From positions 211,320 to 275,319 of the forward strand of contig CAVTIC010000006.1 of the NCBI GenBank assembly GCA_963734685.1: a DNA stretch of 64,000 nt. Direction: 5' to 3'. Below, piece by piece: positions 40,640-49,530 of this stretch. Position numbers and translations under genes: made by a program. The first letter of the stretch is position 1; the number at the start of each line of letters is the position of its first letter. Below the pieces are notes generated by a model that searched no databases, was not told the DNA's origin, and saw only the letters and a program-made list of their open reading frames with translations. This DNA comes from an uncultured Actinomycetes bacterium (GTDB lineage: Bacteria > Actinomycetota > UBA4738 > HRBIN12).

Positions 40640-42088
40640 TCAGGTGTGGTTCTGGCGCTGGACAGCTTCGGCGAGTGTGCGGATGCCCCCGCGGATCTGC
40701 TGCTCGCCGACGTTGCCGAAGCCGAGCACGAGAGCGGGCGGGCGCGGGTCCGGTTCAGCTTCCGTGTCTGCGGCCACGAACCGGTAGCGGTCGAGTCCGT
40801 TGACCCCGACACCCATGGTCGCCGCGGTCGCCACGACAGCGCGCTCGGATGTCCCGTCGGGGAGGCGCAGCAGGGCGTGACAGCCGGCCGCCAGCCCCTG
40901 CAACCGACCCTGCCCGAAAGCGAGTTCGGCCTCGGCTGCCAGCACGTCCCGGCGTGCGCGGTAGACCTCCCGCACGCGTCGCAAGTGACGGTCGAAACGG
41001 CCCGTCTCCATGAGCAGCGCCAGCGCTTCCTGGTCCAGGCCGGGAGCGCCGCGACTGCTGAGCCGCTTCTCCTCGACGATCCCCTCCACGAACCGTGCTG
41101 GCGCGAGCACCCAGCCCAGCCGGATCGCCGGCGCGAGCGTCTTGCTGACCGATCCCAGGGCGATCACGCGGTCCGGGTTGAGGCCCTGAAGTGAACCGAC
41201 CGGCTGACGGTCGTACCGGAAATCGGCGTCGTAATCGTCCTCGAGGATCACCCCGTCGACCTCGTCGGCCCAGGCAACCAGGTCGCGTCGCCGCGACGGG
41301 CCGAGCGCCACACCGGTGGGGCATTGGTGGGCAGGTGTTAACAGCACCGCTCGTGCTCCGGTTTCGCGCAGGCGATCCACGTCGAGGCCATGGTCGTCGA
41401 CGGGAACCGGCACCGCGTCCAGGCCGGCGCGGCGGGCGATGACGTCGTGCTCGCGGGGGCCGGGGTCCTCCAGCGCGATGCGCCCGATGCCGTGCTGTGC
41501 CAGCGTCGCCAGGGCGAAAGCCAGTCCCTGCCGGAAGCCAGAAACGACGATGGCGTCCTCGGCGACCGCGCAGCCCGACCGAACGCGACGGTGGTAGGCG
41601 GTGACAACCTCACGCAGATGCCTCGAACCGGCCGGGTCCTCGTCACCCAACTCGGCGGTCGGAAGGGTCCGCGTCGCCTCCGACACCGCCCAACTCCAGG
41701 CCGTCAACGGCACCGAGCCGAGATCGGGGATGCCGTACTCGAAGTCGGCCACGGCCGGCCGGGACGACAAGGGCGAGGCAAGGACGGCGCCGGGCCCTGG
41801 CCGGGCCGGCCCGCTGGCCGGCATCGCGGCCACCCGCGTCCCGGAGCCGACCGCCGACTCGACGTACCCTTCGGCCAGCAACTGCTCGTAGACATCGACC
41901 ACCGTGCCGCGTGAGACGCCGAGCAGCTCGGCCAGGCGTCGAGTCGACGGCAAGCGTTCCCCGGCACCGAGCCGTCGATCGCGGATCGCCGCCCGCAACT
42001 GGTCCTGGATCTGGAGCCCGAGCTGTCCGGCGTCGCGGTCCAGCGCCACCAGCAGGTCGGGGCCACCGCGCGCCCAGTCCACCGCCAT
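40640..42088 (-). CDS. MocR/GntR-family transcriptional regulator with PLP-dependent aminotransferase domain
   Basis: N-terminal GntR wHTH (STRRLAELLGVSRGTVVDVYEQLLAEGYV) and fold-type I aminotransferase body (SVSKTLAPAIRLGW). Confidence 0.85.
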   Translation of the reverse strand: MAVDWARGGPDLLVALDRDAGQLGLQIQDQLRAAIRDRRLGAGERLPSTRRLAELLGVSRGTVVDVYEQLLAEGYVESAVGSGTRVAAMPASGPARPGPGAVLASPLSSRPAVADFEYGIPDLGSVPLTAWSWAVSEATRTLPTAELGDEDPAGSRHLREVVTAYHRRVRSGCAVAEDAIVVSGFRQGLAFALATLAQHGIGRIALEDPGPREHDVIARRAGLDAVPVPVDDHGLDVDRLRETGARAVLLTPAHQCPTGVALGPSRRRDLVAWADEVDGVILEDDYDADFRYDRQPVGSLQGLNPDRVIALGSVSKTLAPAIRLGWVLAPARFVEGIVEEKRLSSRGAPGLDQEALALLMETGRFDRHLRRVREVYRARRDVLAAEAELAFGQGRLQGLAAGCHALLRLPDGTSERAVVATAATMGVGVNGLDRYRFVAADTEAEPDPRPPALVLGFGNVGEQQIRGGIRTLAEAVQRQNHT

Positions 42089-42219
42089 GCCACCAGCATG
42101 CCAAATGGTTCACTCAGCGGGACAGCCAGTGGCCCTTCGCATCGGACCGCATCAAGCCTCAGACTCGATGTCATGACCCCCGAGGCAGGCAGTTGCACAC
42201 CACGAGTGGGAGGTGCCCC

Positions 42220-43056
42220 ATGTTGACGCAGGTCGCCGACGGTGTGATGGTCCACCAGAGCGAGCTACTCGAGAACAACGCCGTCGTCGTACAAGGCCAG
42301 GCCGGCGTGTTGCTCATCGACCCCGGGATACAAGGCTCCGAGATGGCCTGCCTCGCGAACGACCTTCGCGAGTTGGGCCAGTCCGTCGTGGCGGGCTTCT
42401 CGACGCATCCCGATTGGGATCACGTGCTCTGGCACGCCGAGCTCGGTGAAGCGCCGCGTTACGGCACCGCCCGCTGCGCAGCGTCCATGCGAGATCTGCT
42501 GTCGAACGCGGACTGGCAGGCCCGCGTCGCCGAGGGGTTGCCGCCAGAGATCGCCGAGGAGGTACCGCTGGACCTGTTCGGCCTCATCACCGGCCTGCCC
42601 GCCGGAACCGCGCAGATCCCTTGGGATGGCCCGAGGGTCCGGATCATCGAGCATCCGGCGCATGCACCGGGCCATGCGGCGTTGTTCATCGAAGAACGCG
42701 GGGTTCTCGTCGCCGGTGACATGCTCTCTGATGTCTTGATCCCGATGCTCGACGACTTCGATGGCTCCAACGACCCGGTCGAGGACTACCTCATCGGGCT
42801 GCAGCTGCTGGAGGGGGTGGCGGACGACGTTGATGTCCTCATCCCGGGTCACGGGTCCGTCGGCGGAGCCGATCAGCTACGCGCACGGATCGAACAGGAC
42901 CGCGCGTACGTGCTCGCCCTGCGTGACGGCGGTGGTCCCGACGACCCGCGGATCGGCCCATCGGCCAAGCCCGGCTGGGAGTGGGTAAGCGATGTGCACA
43001 ACGGGCAAGCCCAGCGCCTCGCCGAAAGGAACGAACGCGACGCGACGCCCGGCTAG
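42220..43056 (+). CDS. MBL-fold metallo-hydrolase
   Basis: STHPDWDH metal motif. Divergent from the MocR regulator. GGGAGG RBS. The track start 41911 is an extension. Confidence 0.75.
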   Translation: MLTQVADGVMVHQSELLENNAVVVQGQAGVLLIDPGIQGSEMACLANDLRELGQSVVAGFSTHPDWDHVLWHAELGEAPRYGTARCAASMRDLLSNADWQARVAEGLPPEIAEEVPLDLFGLITGLPAGTAQIPWDGPRVRIIEHPAHAPGHAALFIEERGVLVAGDMLSDVLIPMLDDFDGSNDPVEDYLIGLQLLEGVADDVDVLIPGHGSVGGADQLRARIEQDRAYVLALRDGGGPDDPRIGPSAKPGWEWVSDVHNGQAQRLAERNERDATPG

Positions 43057-43116
43057 CGATCCGCTTGCGACACAAGACGACCCTGCCAAATTCTTGACGC
43101 ACGACACTCTAGGGGG

Positions 43117-43275
43117 TGCGAGAGGGGAGATTCGAACTCCCACGCCCTTTCGGGCACCGGGACCTAAAGGCGGTGCCGCCACGCACGGATCCCGCTTCCA
43201 CGAGTCGTCTGGTGCCCCCTTGTGTCGTCTCGTGCCCGTCGGTGTCGAACCCTTGTGAGCGAAGCGTGAGCAGAG
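43117..43275 (-). repeat. Repeat unit B: 52-nt exact copy of the tRNA-Leu 3' end (anticodon loop to discriminator) plus shared flank with AGCGTGAGCA motif
   Basis: 43117..43168 is identical to 45142..45193 and then diverges, so it is a tRNA fragment rather than a gene. Confidence 0.65.
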
Positions 43276-43393
43276 ACTTCATCCGCCGGCATCGATTTCC
43301 GCGCAGTCTCGCCGGGTTCCCCGGAGCCTGGTGACCGTACGGGCAGGTCGTTCATCCCTTCGACCCCGCCGCGCGCCTCCCCTGCAGCCTGCG

Positions 43394-44329
43394 TCATCGA
43401 GGGCGTTTGACTGAGAGGGGAGCGCCTTCCTTCATGTTGATCTCGGGGACCAACGGTTCGACCGGCTTGCTGGAGTTGATGTCGGGTACGAATCCAGCAG
43501 CCGCGACGAGCTTGAAGATGTTGACCTCGTCGGGATCCTCACCAGCTTCCATCTCGGTGGATGCCATGACCTGCAGGCTGTCGGGATCGAACCACCAGAT
43601 CTTGAGCCGGCGCTCGGTCTCGATCTCGACGCTGATGGCAGCGCGGCCAGCAGGGTCAATCACATCGTGTTGGACCGATGCACCTTCGAGACCCGCGAGC
43701 ACCTGAGCGAGCGCCGCCCGCAGTTCGGGGCTCACGTTGTCGTCTTGAAGTAGTTCGCCGATCGATCGAACGACACCCGCGATGATCGGTGCCTCTGCTC
43801 CAAGCGTCCATTCCCGGTGCGCTTCGGGAGAGGCGCCTCCCGGTTCCGCCCGCTCGACCAGCTGGTCGTAGAGAACCTCGGGATCTGCGACGAGGTAGGT
43901 CACATCGCCCGCATCGGTGATGTACTCACCGGCTCCGAAGACCTCGTCATGGCCCCGCTGGTCGTGTCGACGACCCGAGGCATCGAGTCCGTACCAACGT
44001 TGCTGGTCATAGGCGACGCGTTTGGCCGAGCCGTCGTTGGCCAGCGTCACCCAGGCGCTGCGCTCGTAGGCGAAGGCATCGGGGGGGAAGGCGAGTACCG
44101 CTGAGGGCGGCGCCAGGCGATCGCCTGCGGCATCCTCGGGAGGACGGCCCAGGCTGAGGCTGTAGAGCCCGACACCGATCATCGCAAGGATTCCCAGCCC
44201 CAAGGCTCCTGCGCCCGAGCGTCGGCGCAGCTCGCGTCGGTCTCTCTTCCGCTCCAGGGCATCGAGGCCGAAGGCTGGATCCGGCACTGCGTTCACCGCA
44301 CCCCTCAGACGTTCCCGAAGTCCGTTCAT
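43394..44329 (-). CDS. Membrane-anchored hypothetical protein, probable anti-sigma factor partner
   Basis: Translationally coupled to the ECF sigma gene (ATGA overlap). Single TM ALGLGILAMIGVGLYSL after a cytoplasmic N-terminus. Confidence 0.5.
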   Translation of the reverse strand: MNGLRERLRGAVNAVPDPAFGLDALERKRDRRELRRRSGAGALGLGILAMIGVGLYSLSLGRPPEDAAGDRLAPPSAVLAFPPDAFAYERSAWVTLANDGSAKRVAYDQQRWYGLDASGRRHDQRGHDEVFGAGEYITDAGDVTYLVADPEVLYDQLVERAEPGGASPEAHREWTLGAEAPIIAGVVRSIGELLQDDNVSPELRAALAQVLAGLEGASVQHDVIDPAGRAAISVEIETERRLKIWWFDPDSLQVMASTEMEAGEDPDEVNIFKLVAAAGFVPDINSSKPVEPLVPEINMKEGAPLSVKRPR

Positions 44330-44856
44330 CGTTCGACCCCCATCCGCTCTCGGAGCTTCTCGTGAGCTCTCGACCTCAGGACCCGGACCGTCGAGGCGCG
44401 GATGCCGAGGGCGCTGCCCGCCTGCTGACTCGTCCAGTCAAGGAGATCCGTCAAGATCACCACCGCTCGTTCGCGTGGCGAGAGATGGCGCATCGCTCTT
44501 GTCACTGCGTCGGCCTCGTCGACGAGTGACAGGTCGTCCCTCCCGAGTTCGGAGTGCAGGGCCCGTCGCAGGGCGGTCTGCACTCGCCGTCGTCGGCTGC
44601 GCCAGACGTTCATCGCGATTCGGAACGCGTAGGCCACCGGATCGTCGATGGCTTCGAGCCGGTCCCATCGTTGCCACATGCGGACGAACGTCTCCTGGGC
44701 GATGTCTTCGGCTTCGTGTCGATCGTGGGTCACGAGCAACATGGCGGCGAAGAGCTCGCGCCTATGCGTCTCGAAGAACTCCTCGAAGGACTGCGAGGCC
44801 ATCACCTCAACGGAATCGATCACTTCGGACACTCGAGGCATGGACGCCGGAGCCAT
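44326..44856 (-). CDS. ECF-subfamily sigma-70 factor
   Basis: Region 2 EDIAQETFVRMW and region 4 LSPRERAVVILTDLLDWTSQQAGSALGIRASTVRV. Confidence 0.85.
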   Translation of the reverse strand: MAPASMPRVSEVIDSVEVMASQSFEEFFETHRRELFAAMLLVTHDRHEAEDIAQETFVRMWQRWDRLEAIDDPVAYAFRIAMNVWRSRRRRVQTALRRALHSELGRDDLSLVDEADAVTRAMRHLSPRERAVVILTDLLDWTSQQAGSALGIRASTVRVLRSRAHEKLRERMGVER

Positions 44857-45141
44857 GCGAAGTGCTTACAGGAATCTTCGTGGCGTTGCTTGCCGACTGA
44901 ATGTGGCGAACGACGAGCTCCGTCCCGTGCCGGCGCCGACCGGGTGTCGGTTCTCCTCGCGGGACTCCGGACGCCGTCCGCCCGTCCTCGGGCGACACTT
45001 GGGCGCCTCAATGCGCTCGGGACGGGCTCCTAGCATCGAACCCGGAACCGGCTGCCGCGACTTCTGTCAGCAAGCGTGAGCAAGTCGGGATTCTCGACGC
45101 CGTGGCTCGAACACCTCAGAAGAGGAATCCGCAGCTCACAG

Positions 45142-45225
45142 TGCGAGAGGGGAGATTCGAACTCCCACGCCCTTTCGGGCACCGGGACCTAAACCCGGCG
45201 CGTCTGCCAGTTCCGCCACTCCCGC
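45142..45225 (-). tRNA. tRNA-Leu (anticodon UAG), 84 nt, long variable arm, no encoded CCA
   Basis: Reverse complement GCGGGAG-TG-GCGG-AACTGGCAGA-CGC-G-CCGGG-TTTAGGT-CCCGG-TGCCCGAAAGGGCG-T-GGGAG-TTCGAAT-CTCCC-CTCTCGC-A folds as a class II tRNA (one G.U in the acceptor stem). Confidence 0.85.
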
Positions 45226-45284
45226 TCGGATGAAGGCTACTCCGCCGATGTGGGGACTCCACCTTCATGCTCCATCTGGAATGA

Positions 45285-46133
45285 TTGACCGCGGTGCCCC
45301 CCCGAGTATCGATCGCCGTCGGTGTCGCGCTCGTCGCCGCTCTCGCGGCGTCGTGCACCGAACTGCCCACTGACAGCGCGACCGCCCGGACGGTCGATGT
45401 CACCGATGACGCGTCGTCTTCACCGATCCCGCGGGAGTTCCTGGAAGTCGGGGTCCGCGCCTCCTCCTCCAGCGTCGACGAGCCGCCTCGAACCGAGGAG
45501 GTGCCGGCGCCCCGGTCGCTGAAGAGGTCCGCGTGGGTGGTTCGGGCCGACGGGAACAGGCTGGGCGTGTGGACGGATCCCCATGCGGAGAAGGGCACGC
45601 GCACACCCGTCGACGCGGTGAATCCGTGGGGCCAGCAGGTCGCCTTCCCGGTGATGAAGGTCGCCTTCGTCGATGGTGACCCCTGGTACCGGGTGCTGCT
45701 CGGCATCGAGCCCAACGGCTCTCAGGGATGGGTCCGCGCCCGCGATGTCACCTTCCATCGGGTGCGTCACCGGGTGACGATCGATCTCTCCGAACGGGTG
45801 CTGCGCCACTACCGCAACGGGCATCTGCGACACCGGTTCTCCGTCGGCGTGGGCGCCGCGGGTACCCCCACGACGTCCGGGCGGTTCTTCGTCTGGGCGG
45901 TCCTGGAACCGAGCGATCCGACCGGACCCTACGGTTCGTACCTGCTCGGCCTCTCCGGATTCTCCGAGGTGCTTGCCGACTGGCCTGGTGGGGGGCGCAT
46001 CGCGATCCACGGCACCGACGACCCTTCGGATCGGGGACGCCCCGTCTCCCACGGGTGCGCCCGCGTGTACAACCCGCAGATGAACCGCTTGCGGAACATC
46101 CCGATGGGCACCACCGTGACGATCCACCCGTAG
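45285..46133 (+). CDS. L,D-transpeptidase (YkuD domain) lipoprotein
   Basis: Lipobox LAASC. Catalytic HGTDDPSDRGRPVSHGCARV. Confidence 0.8.
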   Translation: MTAVPPRVSIAVGVALVAALAASCTELPTDSATARTVDVTDDASSSPIPREFLEVGVRASSSSVDEPPRTEEVPAPRSLKRSAWVVRADGNRLGVWTDPHAEKGTRTPVDAVNPWGQQVAFPVMKVAFVDGDPWYRVLLGIEPNGSQGWVRARDVTFHRVRHRVTIDLSERVLRHYRNGHLRHRFSVGVGAAGTPTTSGRFFVWAVLEPSDPTGPYGSYLLGLSGFSEVLADWPGGGRIAIHGTDDPSDRGRPVSHGCARVYNPQMNRLRNIPMGTTVTIHP

Positions 46134-46143
46134 CATCTGGTCC

Positions 46144-47508
46144 GTGGGACGAGTCAACGGGGCAGCCGGAACGACCTTGCGGGGCTCGTTCACCCTCGCG
46201 ACCGTCGGCGACTGCATCGTCACCCGGCCGTTGCTGCCGTTCGTCGCCGGCGATGGGTCGTTCGCCGAGGTGGTCTCGCTGCTCCGAGGGGCGGACGCTA
46301 CGTTCGGGAACCTCGAGACATCGATCGTCGATCTCTCCAACACCGAGTCGGTTCCCTCGGGCTTGCCCGACGACTGGGCCGTGAGGGCGCAGCCGGATGC
46401 CGCCCTCGACCTCCGTGCGCTCGGCTTCGACGTGTTCGGCAGGGCGAACAACCACGCCACGGACTGGGGCGCCGGGGGCTTGATCGAGACCGGCCTCTGG
46501 CTCGAGGAAGCGGCGCTCGTGCACGCCGGGGCGGGACCGACGCTGGCTGCCGCCCGAGCTCCCCGGTACCTGGAGACCGACGCGGGGCGGCTGGGGCTGG
46601 TCTCGATGACCACGAGTCCCGCGAGCGGACTGGCACCCGCACTCGACGCGTTCGGCGAAGTGCCAGCGCGGCCGGGTGTGCACGCGGTGCCCGTGCGCAC
46701 GACGGTGATCGTGACCCCGAAGGTGATGCGGGGGCTCATGGCGATCCGCGAGGCGCATCCGGAAGGCGACGTGGCGTGGCTCGCGCAGCACGTCGATGCC
46801 GACGGCGAACCGCCGGAAGCGCTGGAGCTATACGGGCGCCGCTTCGAGTTGGGGAAGGCGATGGGGGTGCGCCACGATGCCGACGACGAGGCGCTGGCGG
46901 CCAACCTCCACGCGATCAGGCTGGCCGCGCAGCATGCCGATGTGGTGGTGGCGGCGGCGCATTCGCACCAGGGCGACGCGAACCCACAGGACCCTCCGGC
47001 CTTCCTGCGCTCATGGGCCCATGCTGCGATCGATCGCGGAGCCGACGTCGTGGTGGTGAGCGGCCCACACCGGCTCGCCCCGGTCGAGCTGCACCGAGGA
47101 CGTCCGATCCTGTACGGGCTCGGCAACTTCCTCTGGTGCGACATGCAGGAGCCGCTCCAGCGGTACTACTACGACGAGAGCCGTGATGTGTTGCGCGAGC
47201 GCCTCGACGACGCCTCCCAGGTCACCGACGCCGACCTCATGGGCGTCCTCGGCGAGGATTCCTTCGGCGACGACGCGATCTTCCACTCGGTGATGGCCCG
47301 AGTGATGCTGGGACCCGACGGCCTCGAGGAGCTCCTGCTCCATCCGGTCGACCTCGGCCGGGCCGAGCCGCTCACGCGCCGAGGGATCCCGAGGACGCCG
47401 GCTCCCGGGGTCGCGCACCGGATCCTCGAAGACCTTGCAACGATGTCGGAGCCGCTCGGGGTCTCGGTCGTCACCGAGGAAGGCATCGGCCTGGTTCGGG
47501 CCCGCTGA
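46144..47508 (+). CDS. CapA-family protein (poly-gamma-glutamate synthesis-type metallophosphatase)
   Basis: Full-length; GRANNHATDWG, AAHSHQGDAN, GPHRLAPVELHRGRPILYGLGNFL. Confidence 0.8.
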   Translation: MGRVNGAAGTTLRGSFTLATVGDCIVTRPLLPFVAGDGSFAEVVSLLRGADATFGNLETSIVDLSNTESVPSGLPDDWAVRAQPDAALDLRALGFDVFGRANNHATDWGAGGLIETGLWLEEAALVHAGAGPTLAAARAPRYLETDAGRLGLVSMTTSPASGLAPALDAFGEVPARPGVHAVPVRTTVIVTPKVMRGLMAIREAHPEGDVAWLAQHVDADGEPPEALELYGRRFELGKAMGVRHDADDEALAANLHAIRLAAQHADVVVAAAHSHQGDANPQDPPAFLRSWAHAAIDRGADVVVVSGPHRLAPVELHRGRPILYGLGNFLWCDMQEPLQRYYYDESRDVLRERLDDASQVTDADLMGVLGEDSFGDDAIFHSVMARVMLGPDGLEELLLHPVDLGRAEPLTRRGIPRTPAPGVAHRILEDLATMSEPLGVSVVTEEGIGLVRAR

Positions 47509-47632
47509 AGGTGCGCTTTTCGGCTCGCGCCGGAGGCGCCCGGAAGACTTCGGCCGAAAGTCCTAGGCAATTCGCTTGAGTCCTTGCTAGGGTATCGCCG
47601 AGAATCACCCCCCGATGACTGGAGAGAATGCG

Positions 47633-49492
47633 ATGTCGGTGTCACGACGTGCAGTCTCGAGAAGCGCCGGTGTGTTCGCCCTGGCCCTCTCGATCGTCTT
47701 GGTCCTCTTGCCCACGCCGCAGGCGTTCGCGGTGCAGTTGTTCGCGGACAACTTCGAGAGCGGTGTGCTGGTGCCGCCCTGGACGGCCACCGCCAACTTC
47801 ACGAACCAGACCGCGCTCTTCTTCGCAGGCAGCCGTGCCGGCCGCGCGACCACGACCGGCGCAGGCGCGTACGCTTACAAGGACCTCTCGCCGGCGCAGA
47901 CCAACGTCTACCTCAAGACCCAGATCAGGGTCGTGAGCGCTGCCGGCACCACGCCGGTGCTCCGCTTCCGGCAGTCCGGCGCCGGCACGAACATCATCTC
48001 GCTCAACCGAAACAAGAACGGCGCACTGGTGCGGAAGAACCACGTCACGGCGTCCCAGGATGCGACCAGCGCCACCTCGATGGCGTTGAACACGTGGTAC
48101 GACCTGCAGATCCACGCTCAGATCAACGGCACCTCGAGCGTCTTCGAGGTGTGGCTCAACGGCACGCTCGTGAGCGACATCTCCGGCGTCGTCTCGCTCG
48201 GGAGCGCCCCGATCGGACGACCCCAGCTCGGATCCAACGCGACCTCGACCGGCTACGACATCGTCTATGACGACGTCGTGATCGACACCGCGTTCATCGG
48301 CGGAGGTGGGGGAGGCACGCCGCCGCTGCCGCCGACCAATGTCACGGCGACCCCGGTGGCTTCGAACCGGGTCGACCTGTCATGGACCGCGTCGGCGGGC
48401 GCCACCAGCTACAACGTGATCAGGACCCCTGGCCCGAACCCGGGCGGCACGACGGGCACGACGTTCAGCGACACGACGGTCGCCGCGTCCACCCAATACA
48501 CCTACACGGTCACCGCGACGAACGGTTCGGGAACGTCGGCGCCGTCGTCTCCACCGGTCGTCGTGACCACTCCGCCGGGCGGCGGGGGCGGTGGGGGAAC
48601 GCTGATCGGCGCCGCGGGCGACATCGCCTGCGACCCGTCAGACACCAACTACAACGGCGGCAACGGCACCGCCTCGAGGTGCCGGATGAAATACACGGCA
48701 CAGCAGCTGACCAGCGTGGATCACATCCTCGCCCTCGGCGACCAGCAGTACGAGTGCGGTGGACTGGCTGCGTTCAACCAGAGCTACGCCCAGTCGTGGG
48801 GCGTGTCGGCGCTCAAGAACAAGACTCACCCGATCCTCGCGGACGAGGAGTACGCCACCACGGGCGGCACCGACTGCGGGGCGGCGGGAGCCGACGGCTA
48901 CTTCTCGTACTTCAGCAGCGTGCTGGCCGCCCAGCCTGGGAACACCGCCGAGGACCCCAACAAGGGCTACTACAGCTTCGAAGTCGGCGCGTGGCACATC
49001 GTGGCATTGAACTCCGAGTGCAGCAAGATCGGCGGCTGCAACGCCGGCTCGGCCCAGTACAACTGGCTGCAAGCTGACCTGGCAGCGAGCAGCACCGCGT
49101 GCACGCTCGCCTACTGGCACACGCCGCGGTTCGCGTCGAAGAAGAACGGGACCCAGGTCAACTCGAGCACGCTTGACTTCTGGAACCTGTTGCAGACCGA
49201 AGGCGCGGAGATCGTGCTCGGCGGCAACTCGCACTTCTACGAGCGGCTGGCTCCGAGGCTCCCCTCGGGCACGCTCAACGCGAACGGCATCCGGCAGTGG
49301 GTGGTCGGGACCGGTGGCAAGAGCCACGGCGGACTCGCTGATCCGGGAGCCCGGCTGCCCGGCAGCGAGTCGGGCCAGCGGACCGAGTTCGGTGTGCTGA
49401 AGCTCACGCTGAACGCCACGAGCTACAGCTGGGACTACGACGTCGAGGGCTCGTCGAGCTTCACCGACACGGGCACCACGAACTGCCACTGA
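47633..49492 (+). CDS. Secreted multidomain protein: LamG/lectin-like N-terminal domain, fibronectin type III domain, C-terminal calcineurin-like metallophosphoesterase
   Basis: Signal peptide ...PTPQAFA. FN3 (VTATPVASNRVDLSWTASAGATSYNV) between Gly runs. Metallophosphoesterase motifs GDIACD, LALGDQQYE, GNSHFYER. Lower GC than neighbours. Confidence 0.7.
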   Translation: MSVSRRAVSRSAGVFALALSIVLVLLPTPQAFAVQLFADNFESGVLVPPWTATANFTNQTALFFAGSRAGRATTTGAGAYAYKDLSPAQTNVYLKTQIRVVSAAGTTPVLRFRQSGAGTNIISLNRNKNGALVRKNHVTASQDATSATSMALNTWYDLQIHAQINGTSSVFEVWLNGTLVSDISGVVSLGSAPIGRPQLGSNATSTGYDIVYDDVVIDTAFIGGGGGGTPPLPPTNVTATPVASNRVDLSWTASAGATSYNVIRTPGPNPGGTTGTTFSDTTVAASTQYTYTVTATNGSGTSAPSSPPVVVTTPPGGGGGGGTLIGAAGDIACDPSDTNYNGGNGTASRCRMKYTAQQLTSVDHILALGDQQYECGGLAAFNQSYAQSWGVSALKNKTHPILADEEYATTGGTDCGAAGADGYFSYFSSVLAAQPGNTAEDPNKGYYSFEVGAWHIVALNSECSKIGGCNAGSAQYNWLQADLAASSTACTLAYWHTPRFASKKNGTQVNSSTLDFWNLLQTEGAEIVLGGNSHFYERLAPRLPSGTLNANGIRQWVVGTGGKSHGGLADPGARLPGSESGQRTEFGVLKLTLNATSYSWDYDVEGSSSFTDTGTTNCH

Positions 49493-49530
49493 TACCACGA
49501 ACGGCCACTGAGGTCCTCGGGGGGAGAGGG

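Noticed and set aside
49493-49530. Imperfect GC-rich inverted repeat between the convergent phosphoesterase and permease genes (possible bidirectional terminator)
   Set aside because: Arms do not pair well (CCTCGGGGGGAGAG versus CTCCTCCCGGAGG) and there is no U-tract. Too weak to call.
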